The notes under the pieces are model-generated. The model saw nothing but the letters and a program-made list of their open reading frames with translations, did no database searches and was not told the origin of the DNA. Shown here piece by piece: positions 54,862 to 64,000 of a stretch of DNA of 64,000 nt; within the stretch, counting starts at the first letter, position 1, and each line of letters begins with the position of its first letter. Source of the stretch: Tagaea sp. (GTDB taxonomy: Bacteria > Pseudomonadota > Alphaproteobacteria > CACIAM-22H2); NCBI GenBank assembly GCA_965279525.1, contig CBDIIB010000005.1, positions 832,001-896,000 on the forward strand. The letters run 5' to 3'. The position numbers and the translations under genes are program-made.

Positions 54862-57800
54862 CCGGCCACCAGCGCGCGCAGTTCGCGCCCGGCGACGGTG
54901 AGGGCCGCGAGATCCGCGGCCCCGCTGGCGCGCAGTTCGACGACCAGCGCTTCATAGCGCGCGAGCGGCACCGCATGGACGGCAAGATACGCGGCCGCCG
55001 GATCGTCGGCGGTTCCGTGTGCGGCAAGCGCGCGCCCGACAAGCTCGGCCTGCTGGGAATAGAGATCGTCGACCGTCGCTGCGACGGCACGGACCTGCCA
55101 GGCATTCTGTGCCGGGATCCTCGCGGCCGTGTCGCGCAGCCAGTCGAAGCCCAGCCTTGCGCCGAACGCGAAATAGCAGCGCGCGACCGTATCGATGGGG
55201 GCCTGCGCGTTCTGGGCGATGCGCACGAGATCGAGGCCGGCGCGCAGGTCGGCAAGCCCGGCAATGCCGGCAGCGAGGTCGGCGGGAACGCCGGCCGCCG
55301 CCAGCTTTTCCTGGCGCGCGGCGAAAGCGGCCTTGCGGCCTTCGTCGAGCGTCTCGGAAATACCGCGCTTCAACCCGTCGATCCCGCCGCCGAACACGGC
55401 GAGAGCCGCGGCCACGTCGATGCGGCCCGGGATGTGCCGCAACAGCCATGTCGTCGCGTGGTCGAGGATCGACATCGTCTCGCGCAGCATCGCGTACTGG
55501 ATTTCGGCCGGCACCTTGTTGTCGAGAGTTTCGATGGTGCCCCACATGTCGCGCAGGCCGAAGACCTGGCGCGCCACGATGTAGGCGCGCGCCACCTCCG
55601 CCGGCCCCGTCCCGCAGCGCTCGCCGACCTCGTGCACGAAGGCGATGCCGGCGCGGTTGACGATCGAGTTGGTCGCCACGGTCGCGATGATCTCGCGCCG
55701 CAGGCGGTGGCGCAGGATCGCGTCCTTGTGGTCGCGGCGAAGTTCGCGCGGGAAATACTTGACCAGGTCGTCGACCAGATAGGCGTCGTCGGGCAGGTCG
55801 CCGGCGAGCAGGTCGTCGTAGAGCGCCATCTTGGCGTAGGCGAGCATGACGGCAAGCTCCGGCCGAGTCAGGCCCTTGCCCGCCCCCACGCGCGCGGAAA
55901 TCTCGTCGTCGTCGGGCAGATATTCGATCGCCCGGTTGAGACGGCCGGTCTTCTCCTGCGCACGCATCAGCCGCGCGATGCGGTCCACGCCCGAAGCACC
56001 GTCGATCTCGGCAAGGCTCAGCGCCTGGGTCTGCAGGTAGTTGTCGCGCAGCACCTGCAGGCCGAGCTCGTCGGTCATGCGCGCCAGCAGCGCATCGCGC
56101 TGCTTCAGCGTCATGTCGCCGCGCTGGATCACGTCGCCGAGCAGCACCTTGATGTTGACCTCGTGGTCGGACGTGTCCACGCCGGCCGAATTGTCGATGG
56201 CGTCGGTATTGATCCGCCCGCCCTTGCCGCCGGCACCGGCCAGCGCGTACTCGATGCGCCCGCGCTGCGTGCAGCCGAGATTGGCGCCCTCGCCGATCAC
56301 GCGCGCGCGGATCTCCGATCCGTTGACACGGATCGAATCGTTGGCGCGGTCGCCGGCATCGGCGTTGGACTCGCCTGCCGCCTTGACGTAGTTGCCGATG
56401 CCGCCGAACCACAGCAGGTCCACCTCGGCCTTCAGCATCGCCTTCATCAGCTCGAACGGCGTGACGCTGTCGGCGGCAATGCCGAACAGCGCCTTGACCT
56501 GCGCCGACAGCTTGATCGACTTGGCCTTGCGGTCGAACACGCCGCCACCTTCGGAGATGAGCTTGGTGTCGTAATCCGCCCACGACGAACGCGGCAGCTT
56601 GAACATCCGCTCGCGCTCGGCGAAGGCCCGGCCGGCATCGGGGCTGGGGTCGAGGAAGATGTGGCGGTGGTCGAAAGCACCCACCAGCTTCGTGTGCGGC
56701 GAGCGCAGCAGGCCGTTGCCGAACACGTCGCCCGACATGTCGCCCACGCCCACGCAGGTGTGCGCGGCTTCCTGCGTGTCGAGGCCCAGCTCGCGGAAGT
56801 GGCGCTTGACCGCTTCCCAGGCCCCGCGCGCGGTGATGCCCATGCCCTTGTGGTCGTAGCCGGCCGAGCCGCCCGAGGCAAACGCGTCGCCCAGCCAGTG
56901 GCCGTATTCGACCGAGATCGCGTTGGCGATGTCGGAGAAGGTCGCAGTACCCTTGTCGGCCGCGACGACGAGATAGGGATCGTCGGCGTCGCGCCGGTGC
57001 ACGTTCTTCGGCGGCACGATGCCGCCGGGCGAGATGTTGTCGGTGATGTCGAGCAGGCCGCGCATCATGATCCGGTAGCAGGCGATCCCTTCGGCCTGGA
57101 ACGCCTCGCGGCCGGCTTCGGGGGCCGGCGGTTTCTTGACGAAGAAGCCGCCCTTCGAGCCGACCGGCACGATGACCGCGTTCTTGACCATCTGCGCCTT
57201 GATGAGGCCGAGGATCTCGGTGCGGAAATCCTCGCGCCGGTCCGACCAGCGGATACCGCCGCGCGCGACCTTGCCGCCGCGCAGGTGGACCGCCTCGACG
57301 CGCGTCGAATAGACCCAGATCTCGACCAGCGGGCGCGGCAGCGGCAGCTCGTCGATCTTCTGGCTGTCGAACTTGATCGACAGATAGTCCTTCGGCCTTC
57401 CGTCGGCGCCGGCCTGGAAATAGTTGGTGCGCAACGCGCACTGCAGAAGGTTGAGGAAGCGGCGCAGGATGCGGTCTTCGTCGAGATTGGCAACGCCATC
57501 CAGCATGTGCGCGATCTCGACGGCGAGCCCGCGCTCCTTCATCTCGCGGTCCTTGTCCGCGGCCGGATCGTGGCAGGCGAGGAAGAAATCGACGAGCCGG
57601 CGCGCGATCTTCGGATGGTGCGCCAGCGTGTCTTCCATGTAGCTCTGGCTGAACGTGATGCCGGCCTGGCGCAGATATGCCGCCAGTGCGCGCAGGACCG
57701 TCACCTCGCGGATCGACATCGCGGCCCCGAGGACGAGCCGGTTGAAGCCGTCGGAGGCCGCCTCGCCCGCCCACACGGCGGCGAACGCACCCTCGAACAG

Positions 57801-59720
57801 CGGCTTCAGGCGCGCGACATCGAGATCGCGCATCTCGCGCGCGACGAGCGATATGTCGTGCATGTAGACGTCGCCGGCGGGTCCTGCGGCGGCCGCATCG
57901 AGCGGCTGGATGCGGAACGGGTCTTCCGTCATCACCTTGAGGCCCATGCTCTCCAGCATCGGCAGCACGTCGGACAGCGGGACCGGCGCGTTGCGGTGGA
58001 AGATGCGCAGGCGAAGCTCGCTCTCGGAAGCCTCGACCGGGCGGTAGAGATTGAGGGCGAGCGACGTCTCGCCGGCCAGCGTCGTCTCGACGAGGGCGAT
58101 ATCGCCGACCGCCTGCTCGGGCGTGAAATGTTCGCGGTAGGCGGCCGGGAACGCGGCCTGGTAGCGGCGCAGGCGGGCAAGGCCCTTCTCCTCGCCTTCC
58201 GCGGCGATCAGAGCGTCCTTGAGCCGGTCGGCGAAGCCGCGCCCGGCCTCGACCAGTTCGGCCTCGACGTCTTCCACGCGCACATCGGGCACGGCACCGG
58301 GCGTCAGCCCGACGATGAAGTGGCAGCGCACGAGCGCGCTGTCGTCGGAGAGCTGCACGTAGAAGGCCGACTTACGGCCCGCATAGGCCTTGGCGAGGAT
58401 CGCGTGGAAGCGGTCGCGCAGTTCGGTGTTGAAGCGGTCGCGCGGCACGTAGACGAGCGCCGAGATGAAGCGGTCGAACGCGTCGCGGCGCAGGAAGAGC
58501 GCGATGCGCTGGCGTTCCTGCAAACGCAGGATGCCCAGCGCGATGTCGTAGAGCTCGTCGACCGAGCTCTGGAACAGTTCCTCGCGCGGATGGGTCTCGA
58601 GGATGTGCTGGAGCGCCTTGGCGTTGTGCCCGTCGGCCGAGAAATTCGCCTTCTTGACGACGGCGACGACCTTGTCGCGCAGCAGCGGGATCTCGCGCGG
58701 GCGCTGCATGTAGGCGGCCGACGTGAACAGGCCGAGGAACACCTTCTCGCCCACGACGATGCCATCGGGGCCGTAGACCTTGATGCCGATCGCGTCGAGA
58801 TAGGCCGAGCGGTGGACGGTCGAGCGGCGATTGGCCTTGGCCACGCGCAGCACGTCGGGGGCGCGCACGAAATGCTGTAGTGCAGGCAACTCGGCGATGC
58901 GGCGCAGCACGTCGAACACGACGAACTCGGAATTGCGCGCGAGCCCGAGCCCGCGCTCGGCGTTGACCACGCTGCGGAAGGTCGTGCCCTCGCCGTGATA
59001 CGCGTACTCGCGATAGCCCAGGAACGTGAAATTGTCGGCAGCGAGCCACGACAGGAAATCGCGCGTCGTGGCGATTTCGGCGGCCGGCCGCGGCGGCGGC
59101 GCGGTGTCGAGCCCGTCGAGCACCTCGCGCACACGCGCCAGCATCTGGCGCCAGTCGGCCACGCACGCACGCACGTCCGCGAGCACGCCTTCCACGCTCG
59201 TGCGGATCGAATCGAGCTGCGCCTGGTCGCCTTGAGCATCGATCTCCAGATGCATGAAGCTTTCGCGGCCCGCTCCGTCGGCAAGCGCCGTCGCCGTCCC
59301 GGTCGCGTCGCGCGCCACGGGAACGACCGGATGGATGACGAGATGCACCGACAGGTCGCGCCGGTTGATCTCGGCCGTGATCGAATCGACCAGGAACGGC
59401 ATGTCGTCATTGACGATCTCGACGACCGTATGGGTCGAGGCCCAGCCATGTTCGGACAGGCGCGGGTTGTAGACCCGGACCTTGGCGGTGCCGGCGGCGC
59501 GCGTGCGCCCGTATGCCCAAAGCGCGATGGCCGCCCCGTAGAGATCGTCGGGCGTGCGCTCCGCAAGATCGTCGACCGCGACGTTCGCATAGAACCTTCG
59601 GATGAAGGCTTCGGCCGTTTCGGCGCTGGCGATGGCGCCGCCGGCCGGCAGGCGCTGGCGGACCATCCCGGCGAGCCGGTCGAGGATCTCGGTCTTTCGA
59701 GCTTCGTCGCGCTTCGACAT
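54858..59720 (-). CDS. gdhB: Large NAD-specific glutamate dehydrogenase
   Basis: DDMPFLVDS, HLRGGKVARGGIRWSDRREDFRTEILGL, YLVVAADKGTATFSDIAN, FASGGSAGYDHK, GVGDMSGDVFGNG, GEGANLG, NTDAIDNSAGVD. Confidence 0.96.
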   Translation of the reverse strand: MSKRDEARKTEILDRLAGMVRQRLPAGGAIASAETAEAFIRRFYANVAVDDLAERTPDDLYGAAIALWAYGRTRAAGTAKVRVYNPRLSEHGWASTHTVVEIVNDDMPFLVDSITAEINRRDLSVHLVIHPVVPVARDATGTATALADGAGRESFMHLEIDAQGDQAQLDSIRTSVEGVLADVRACVADWRQMLARVREVLDGLDTAPPPRPAAEIATTRDFLSWLAADNFTFLGYREYAYHGEGTTFRSVVNAERGLGLARNSEFVVFDVLRRIAELPALQHFVRAPDVLRVAKANRRSTVHRSAYLDAIGIKVYGPDGIVVGEKVFLGLFTSAAYMQRPREIPLLRDKVVAVVKKANFSADGHNAKALQHILETHPREELFQSSVDELYDIALGILRLQERQRIALFLRRDAFDRFISALVYVPRDRFNTELRDRFHAILAKAYAGRKSAFYVQLSDDSALVRCHFIVGLTPGAVPDVRVEDVEAELVEAGRGFADRLKDALIAAEGEEKGLARLRRYQAAFPAAYREHFTPEQAVGDIALVETTLAGETSLALNLYRPVEASESELRLRIFHRNAPVPLSDVLPMLESMGLKVMTEDPFRIQPLDAAAAGPAGDVYMHDISLVAREMRDLDVARLKPLFEGAFAAVWAGEAASDGFNRLVLGAAMSIREVTVLRALAAYLRQAGITFSQSYMEDTLAHHPKIARRLVDFFLACHDPAADKDREMKERGLAVEIAHMLDGVANLDEDRILRRFLNLLQCALRTNYFQAGADGRPKDYLSIKFDSQKIDELPLPRPLVEIWVYSTRVEAVHLRGGKVARGGIRWSDRREDFRTEILGLIKAQMVKNAVIVPVGSKGGFFVKKPPAPEAGREAFQAEGIACYRIMMRGLLDITDNISPGGIVPPKNVHRRDADDPYLVVAADKGTATFSDIANAISVEYGHWLGDAFASGGSAGYDHKGMGITARGAWEAVKRHFRELGLDTQEAAHTCVGVGDMSGDVFGNGLLRSPHTKLVGAFDHRHIFLDPSPDAGRAFAERERMFKLPRSSWADYDTKLISEGGGVFDRKAKSIKLSAQVKALFGIAADSVTPFELMKAMLKAEVDLLWFGGIGNYVKAAGESNADAGDRANDSIRVNGSEIRARVIGEGANLGCTQRGRIEYALAGAGGKGGRINTDAIDNSAGVDTSDHEVNIKVLLGDVIQRGDMTLKQRDALLARMTDELGLQVLRDNYLQTQALSLAEIDGASGVDRIARLMRAQEKTGRLNRAIEYLPDDDEISARVGAGKGLTRPELAVMLAYAKMALYDDLLAGDLPDDAYLVDDLVKYFPRELRRDHKDAILRHRLRREIIATVATNSIVNRAGIAFVHEVGERCGTGPAEVARAYIVARQVFGLRDMWGTIETLDNKVPAEIQYAMLRETMSILDHATTWLLRHIPGRIDVAAALAVFGGGIDGLKRGISETLDEGRKAAFAARQEKLAAAGVPADLAAGIAGLADLRAGLDLVRIAQNAQAPIDTVARCYFAFGARLGFDWLRDTAARIPAQNAWQVRAVAATVDDLYSQQAELVGRALAAHGTADDPAAAYLAVHAVPLARYEALVVELRASGAADLAALTVAGRELRALVAG

Positions 59721-59849
59721 GGACGCATCCCCCGTCCGGCTTCGCGCCGGCGGGGCCAGCATAACGCCGGGACTTGGCCTGCCAATACCCCTATTTTACA
59801 GTCATTTAGTGATGATTTGTTGCGTATCGCTGGCGCCTCGGGCATTTTC

Positions 59850-59879
59850 CGGTAACATGCGGTAACACGCGGTAACAAT
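59850..59879. repeat. Triple 10-bp-period direct repeat CGGTAACA
   Basis: CGGTAACATG CGGTAACACG CGGTAACAAT in the divergent gdh/FkbM intergenic region. Confidence 0.75.
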
Positions 59880-59952
59880 CGGGCCAACCCCGGGGAATAG
59901 CGCGGGTATCTCCGCCGTTCGACTCTACGAACCGGCGGAGGAACTCGAGGAA

Positions 59953-60888
59953 ATGGCCCACCTGACGATGACCACTCCAGCCAACGAGATGCCTCTCTTG
60001 CCCGATTCCGCACCCCTCCGTTTCGAGCCGCCGCCGAATGCCGCTTCGTGGGTACCGGCGCTTGCGTGGATGACCCGCAACTTCCATCCCAAAGGCACCG
60101 ACCGGCTCGTGCGCGCCCTCCATCCGCCGGGCAATTCGCGCCCCGTGCGCACCGTGCTCGACTACGACGAGGGGATGGTCATCAACATCGACACCCACTC
60201 ATTCCTCGAGTGGTACATCTATTTCTACGGCGCCTTCCGCCCGCAGATCTCGAAGCTGCTCAACCGCATGCTGCGCCCGGGACAGGTCGCGTTCGACATC
60301 GGCTCGAACATCGGCATGCACGCGATGATCATGGCCAACCGCGTGGGCCCCACCGGCCGCGTGCACGTGTTCGAGCCCGATCCGCATCCGCTGGGCCGGC
60401 TCAAGGCGAACCTCGCCCTCAACGGTCTCGACAACGTGACGCTCAACCAGGCGGCCGTCGCCGGGCGCACGGAAACGCGCCAGCTCTTCCTGCACGACGA
60501 CACGATCGGCAACTTCGCCAACGCTTCGCTGCAGCAGTCGAATGTCGGCCGCTCGACCCGCTCGATCGACATGAAGGTGTGGAGCCTCGACGACTATGTC
60601 GCGGCCAACCCGATTCCCCGCCTCGACGCGATCAAGCTGCTTGCGCAGGGCGAAGAGTGGAACGCGCTGCAAGGCGGCATGGAAACGATCAAGCGTTTCC
60701 GCCCGAAGATCTTCTTCCTCTGGGAACCGTCTTATTGGGCACGCCAGTCGCTGTGCCTGATGGATGCCGTGCGGCTGTTCCGCGAACTCGGCTACTCGAC
60801 CTATCAGGTCGAGTTCGGCGCGCGCCGGCCGGTGACCGAAGAGATCCCGATGGGCCAGGTGCTGCTGGCCGTGCCGGACAGGCTCTGA
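59953..60888 (+). CDS. FkbM family methyltransferase
   Basis: AFDIGSNIG, VHVFEPDP, NLALNGL, SLDDYV, LQGGMETIKRFRP. Confidence 0.85.
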   Translation: MAHLTMTTPANEMPLLPDSAPLRFEPPPNAASWVPALAWMTRNFHPKGTDRLVRALHPPGNSRPVRTVLDYDEGMVINIDTHSFLEWYIYFYGAFRPQISKLLNRMLRPGQVAFDIGSNIGMHAMIMANRVGPTGRVHVFEPDPHPLGRLKANLALNGLDNVTLNQAAVAGRTETRQLFLHDDTIGNFANASLQQSNVGRSTRSIDMKVWSLDDYVAANPIPRLDAIKLLAQGEEWNALQGGMETIKRFRPKIFFLWEPSYWARQSLCLMDAVRLFRELGYSTYQVEFGARRPVTEEIPMGQVLLAVPDRL

Positions 60889-60923
60889 TTTTCAATTGAA
60901 GGGTCTCTGCGTTCCGCGGCGAC

Positions 60924-60998
60924 TGGAGCGGGAAAAGGGATTCGAACCCTCGACCCTCACGTTGGCAACGTGATGCTCTACCACTGAGCTATTCCCGC
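60924..60998 (-). tRNA. tRNA-Gly (anticodon GCC)
   Basis: GCGGGAATAGCTCAGTGGTAGAGCATCACGTTGCCAACGTGAGGGTCGAGGGTTCGAATCCCTTTTCCCGCTCCA: full cloverleaf, GTTCGAAT T-loop, encoded CCA. Confidence 0.97.
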
Positions 60999-61025
60999 CC
61001 GGTCGCCGTGGCGAAACGCGCCGGG

Positions 61026-61053
61026 ATAATAGGACGCGGCGCCCCGATTGCAA
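61026..61053 (-). promoter_or_regulatory. sigma70 promoter of tRNA-Gly
   Basis: Minus strand TTGCAA-N16-TATTAT followed by a GC-rich discriminator. Confidence 0.55.
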
Positions 61054-61152
61054 GACCTAAAACGGGGGGTCTGGGGGGTTGTCTTGGCCCCTGAAAACCG
61101 CCATTTTCCCCGCGGGTTCCCTGCGACAGACATTCGGGATACGGGACGGATC

Positions 61153-62064
61153 ATGGACCAGCTCATCGGGGCCGCGAAGGCCGGTGCCGCCGCGGCAGAC
61201 CTCATCAAGGACTCGACCGACGACGCGTTCGAGCAGGACGTGATCGCCGCATCGGCCAAGGTTCCGGTCATCGTCGATTTCTGGGCACCGTGGTGCGGGC
61301 CGTGCAAACAGCTCGGACCCCTGATCGAGAAGGTCGTCAAGGAAGCGGCCGGCGCGGTCAAGCTCGTCAAGATCAACATCGACGAGAACCCCTATTTCGC
61401 GCAGCAGCTGCGCGTGCAGTCGATCCCCGCCGTGTTCGCCTTCAAGGCCGGCCGCCCGGTCGACGCGTTCCTCGGTGCCTTGCCCGAAAGCGACATCCGC
61501 AAGTTCGTCAAGAAGCTGGGCGGTGCCGCCGGCCCCTCGCCGATCGAGCAGGCGCTCGAACAGGCCGCCGCCGCGATGACGGCCGAAGACTTCGCGACGG
61601 CGGCGGCGATCTACGCCCAGATCCTCCAGCACGAACCGGCCAACGCCAAGGCGATCGCCGGCCTTGCCAAGTGCCAGATCGCGGCCGGCGATCTCGATGC
61701 CGCACAAGCGCTGCTTGACGCCGCCCCGCCCGAAGCCGTCAAGGATGCCGAAGTGCTCGCGGCACGCACGGCGCTCGACGTGGCGCGCCAGGGCGAGAAG
61801 GCGGGCGACGTGGCGCCGCTGCTCGCCAAGCTCGAACAGAACCCGGCCGACCACCAGACGCGGCTCGACGCGGCACTCGCCTTGTTCGCCGGCGGCCAGG
61901 CGGAAGCGGCGATCGACCAGCTGCTCGAGCTGTTCAGGCGCGACCGCGCCTGGAACGACGGGGCCGCGCGCGCCCAGCTCGTCAAGTTCTTCGAAGCGCT
62001 GGGCAACAGCCACGCCGCAACCGTGCAGGGGCGCAAGCGCCTTTCCTCGCTGATGTTCGCCTGA
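61153..62064 (+). CDS. cnoX: Thioredoxin-TPR chaperedoxin (CnoX/YbbN)
   Basis: PVIVDFWAPWCGPCKQLGP, VQSIPAV, C-terminal TPR helices, GRKRLSSLMF. Confidence 0.92.
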   Translation: MDQLIGAAKAGAAAADLIKDSTDDAFEQDVIAASAKVPVIVDFWAPWCGPCKQLGPLIEKVVKEAAGAVKLVKINIDENPYFAQQLRVQSIPAVFAFKAGRPVDAFLGALPESDIRKFVKKLGGAAGPSPIEQALEQAAAAMTAEDFATAAAIYAQILQHEPANAKAIAGLAKCQIAAGDLDAAQALLDAAPPEAVKDAEVLAARTALDVARQGEKAGDVAPLLAKLEQNPADHQTRLDAALALFAGGQAEAAIDQLLELFRRDRAWNDGAARAQLVKFFEALGNSHAATVQGRKRLSSLMFA

Positions 62065-62083
62065 CGCCGGAAGCGGGTCGCCC

Positions 62084-62752
62084 ATGCCAACCACCGCCGG
62101 GCACCTGACCTTCGCCGACATGCCGGCAACGCTGCCGGTCTTCCCGCTGACCGGCGTCTTGCTGCTGCCGCGCGGCAAGCTGCCGCTCAACATCTTCGAG
62201 CCGCGCTATCTGGCGATGGTCGAGGACGTGCTCGGCACGCCCGACAAGCTGATCGGCATGATCCAGCCGACCGAGAAGGAGCGCAAAGGTGCCGTCCAGC
62301 CGCTCTATCCGGTGGGCTGCGCCGGGCGCATCACGAGCTGGTCGGAGACCGACGACGGGCGCTTCCTGATCCAGCTTTCCGGCATCGCGCGCTTCGCGCT
62401 CGGCGAAGAGATTTCCACGATGCGCGGCTATCGCCGCTTCCGCCCCGACTTCCAGCGCTTCGCCGGCGATTTCGAAGTGCCCGATTCCGGCGGCTTCGAC
62501 CGCAAGCGGCTGCTCGCGGGCCTCAAGGCGTTTTTCGCGGCCGAAGGGCTGCAGGGCGACTGGGATTCGATCGAGCAGGCGAGCGACGAGCGCATCGTCA
62601 GCACGCTTGCCATGCTGTGCCCGTTCAGTGCCGAAGAGAAGCAGAGCCTGCTCGAATGTGCGACACTCGCCGACCGGGCCAAGGCGATGACCGGGTTCTG
62701 CGAGGCGCGCACCGCCGGCGGCGAGCCGCCGCCCGGCGCGCTGCGCCACTGA
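62084..62752 (+). CDS. LON peptidase substrate-binding domain protein
   Basis: LPVFPLTGVLLLPRGKLPLNIFEPRYLAMV, VGCAGRI, EKQSLLE. Confidence 0.9.
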   Translation: MPTTAGHLTFADMPATLPVFPLTGVLLLPRGKLPLNIFEPRYLAMVEDVLGTPDKLIGMIQPTEKERKGAVQPLYPVGCAGRITSWSETDDGRFLIQLSGIARFALGEEISTMRGYRRFRPDFQRFAGDFEVPDSGGFDRKRLLAGLKAFFAAEGLQGDWDSIEQASDERIVSTLAMLCPFSAEEKQSLLECATLADRAKAMTGFCEARTAGGEPPPGALRH

Positions 62753-62776
62753 ACCGACGAAGAGGGAGCGACCGCG

Positions 62777-62986
62777 ATGGCCGAGAACGCGAACACCGAC
62801 CGGGGCGGCGTCGATCCGCGGCTTCTGGAAATCCTCGTCTGCCCGGTCACGAAGGGGCCGCTGCGCTACGACGCGGCGAAGGCCGAGCTGGTCAGCGAGC
62901 AGGCGGGCCTCGCCTTCCCGATCCGCGATGGCATCCCGATCATGCTGGTCGACGAGGCGCGCCGTCTCGATGCGACCGCGCCGTGA
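62777..62986 (+). CDS. Trm112 family protein (YcaR-like)
   Basis: [32 protein letters not shown]. Confidence 0.92.
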   Translation: MAENANTDRGGVDPRLLEILVCPVTKGPLRYDAAKAELVSEQAGLAFPIRDGIPIMLVDEARRLDATAP

Positions 62987-63372
62987 GCGATTTCGCGGTC
63001 CGGCACCGGCCGACCGAGATCCGGCTCAAGAAGGCCGAGAAGATCCTCGAGGTCGACTATGACGACGGCACGCGCGTGACGCTGCCCGCCGAACTGCTGC
63101 GCGTGGAAAGCCCGTCGGCCGAAGTGATGGGCCACGGGCCGGGCCAGAAGACGATCGTGCCGGGCCGCGCGGAAGTGGGGATCATGGATCTCGAACCCGT
63201 CGGCAACTACGCGATCCGCATCAAGTTCGACGACCTGCACGATACCGGCATCTACAGCTGGGACTATCTCTACGCGCTGGGGGCCGACAAGGACCGGCTC
63301 TATGCCGAATATCTCGCGGCCCTCGAGCGCATGGGCCTGTCGCGCGACCCGCGCGCGAAGAAGGCGAAATGA
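62983..63372 (+). CDS. DUF971 (gamma-butyrobetaine hydroxylase N-terminal-like) protein
   Basis: [44 protein letters not shown]; GTGA overlap. Confidence 0.88.
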   Translation: MSDFAVRHRPTEIRLKKAEKILEVDYDDGTRVTLPAELLRVESPSAEVMGHGPGQKTIVPGRAEVGIMDLEPVGNYAIRIKFDDLHDTGIYSWDYLYALGADKDRLYAEYLAALERMGLSRDPRAKKAK

Positions 63373-63815
63373 CCCGCGTCGCCGCCATCCTCGCGGGCGA
63401 TCTCGACGCGCTCGTCCCGCTGTTCGATGCCTATCGCGTCTTCTACAAGCAGCCGTCCGACCCGGCACTCGCGCGCGACTATCTCGCCAAGCGCCTGGGT
63501 GCGGGCGAATATGTCGGCTTCCTCGCGCGCGATGCGGCTGGTACGGCCATCGGCTTCGCGCTGATGTCGCAGACCTTCTCGTCGGTGGGCCTGAAGCGCA
63601 TCTGGCTGCTCAACGACCTGTTCGTCGATCCTGCGGTGCGCAAGTCGGGTGCGGGTGCAGCACTGATGAAAGCGGTCGAGGATTTCGCCGGCACGACCGG
63701 GGCGGGCCGGCTCGACCTGTTCACCGCGCGCACCAACGCGACGGCTCAGGCCGTCTACCGCCGAGCCGGCTGGACCGAAGACACGGACTATCTGCGCTTC
63801 CAGAAAAGACTGTAA
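63369..63815 (+). CDS. GNAT family N-acetyltransferase
   Basis: LFDAYRVFYKQ, TFSSV, WLLNDLFVDPAVRKSGAG, NATAQAVY. Confidence 0.88.
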   Translation: MTRVAAILAGDLDALVPLFDAYRVFYKQPSDPALARDYLAKRLGAGEYVGFLARDAAGTAIGFALMSQTFSSVGLKRIWLLNDLFVDPAVRKSGAGAALMKAVEDFAGTTGAGRLDLFTARTNATAQAVYRRAGWTEDTDYLRFQKRL

Positions 63816-63823
63816 ACCAACGC

Positions 63824-64000
63824 CTATTCGGCGACGGCCGGCACCGGCCGGGTGGTGCGCAGGATGAAGTCGGGCAGGCCCTGCCCCATCGAATGCTCGA
63901 AGCGCATCGCCGCACGGCCCGGATTGAACTGGATGCCGAGCTGGGCGCGCACCGAACGTTCCACTTCCTCGCGAAGCTCGACCAGCTTCTCCGACGACAG
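63824..64000 (-). CDS. 3' end of a gene entering from the right edge (possibly a B12-binding radical SAM protein)
   Basis: Open frame LSSEKLVELREEVERSVRAQLGIQFNPGRAAMRFEHSMGQGLPDFILR...AE* with host-like codons; family guess is from memory of the FEHSMGQ tail only. Confidence 0.5.
   Translation of the reverse strand: MSSEKLVELREEVERSVRAQLGIQFNPGRAAMRFEHSMGQGLPDFILRTTRPVPAVAE

Noticed and set aside
51383-55264. 1293-aa ORF suggesting a giant Hsp70 fusion
   Set aside because: Only the last ~416 aa (from ATG 52633) are YegD-like. The Arg/Gly-rich upstream part overlaps the real methyltransferase and MFS genes in other frames.
54952-58880. Very long alternative ORFs over gdh (1301 aa antisense, 940 aa same-strand shifted frame)
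   Set aside because: Shadow frames from high-GC codon bias. They have no recognisable motifs, and the annotated frame is a clear NAD-GDH.
60889-60998. tRNA-Gly as the integration site of an island
   Set aside because: No integrase or duplicated tRNA 3' end was noticed, and the flanking genes look like core genome.

Overview
GC-rich bacterial DNA, most likely alphaproteobacterial (Rhodospirillales-like), judged from the purH, large NAD-GDH and cnoX-LON-Trm112-DUF971 gene neighbourhood. Positions ~0.4-49 kb form one very large surface-glycan locus. Its core is 33 co-directional minus-strand genes (404-34112), 27 of them tightly coupled. The locus encodes a legionaminic-acid-type nonulosonate pathway (LegB, LegC, NeuD, NeuC, two NeuB, PtmE-like, PtmA-like), three cytidylyltransferases, three HP-motif GT-B transferase candidates and five DegT aminotransferases. 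It also has a WbuX/HisH/HisF amidino module, a deacetylase plus formyltransferase pair, and an unusual tailoring set: UDP-sulfoquinovose synthase, a B12 radical SAM enzyme, two PhyH-type dioxygenases and three methyltransferases. Export and attachment genes are a PglK-like ABC flippase and two O-antigen-ligase-like proteins, one fused to a flippase-like domain. The locus is headed by a wHTH (MarR-EPS type) regulator and an RfaH-like NusG paralogue. I can see three GTTCA-N5-TGAAC candidate operators in their promoter region, an ops-like element (TGCGGTAGCATG) right after the RfaH-like gene, and legB lying antisense inside the apparent transcription path. The remaining ~15 kb is mostly housekeeping: purH, a DUF3018-MazF toxin-antitoxin pair with a perfect palindromic operator, YegD-like Hsp70, an MFS transporter, NAD-glutamate dehydrogenase, an FkbM methyltransferase, tRNA-Gly(GCC), cnoX and neighbours. 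No integrase, transposase, CRISPR array or rRNA was seen. All product calls come from motif recognition by eye; no database search was run.
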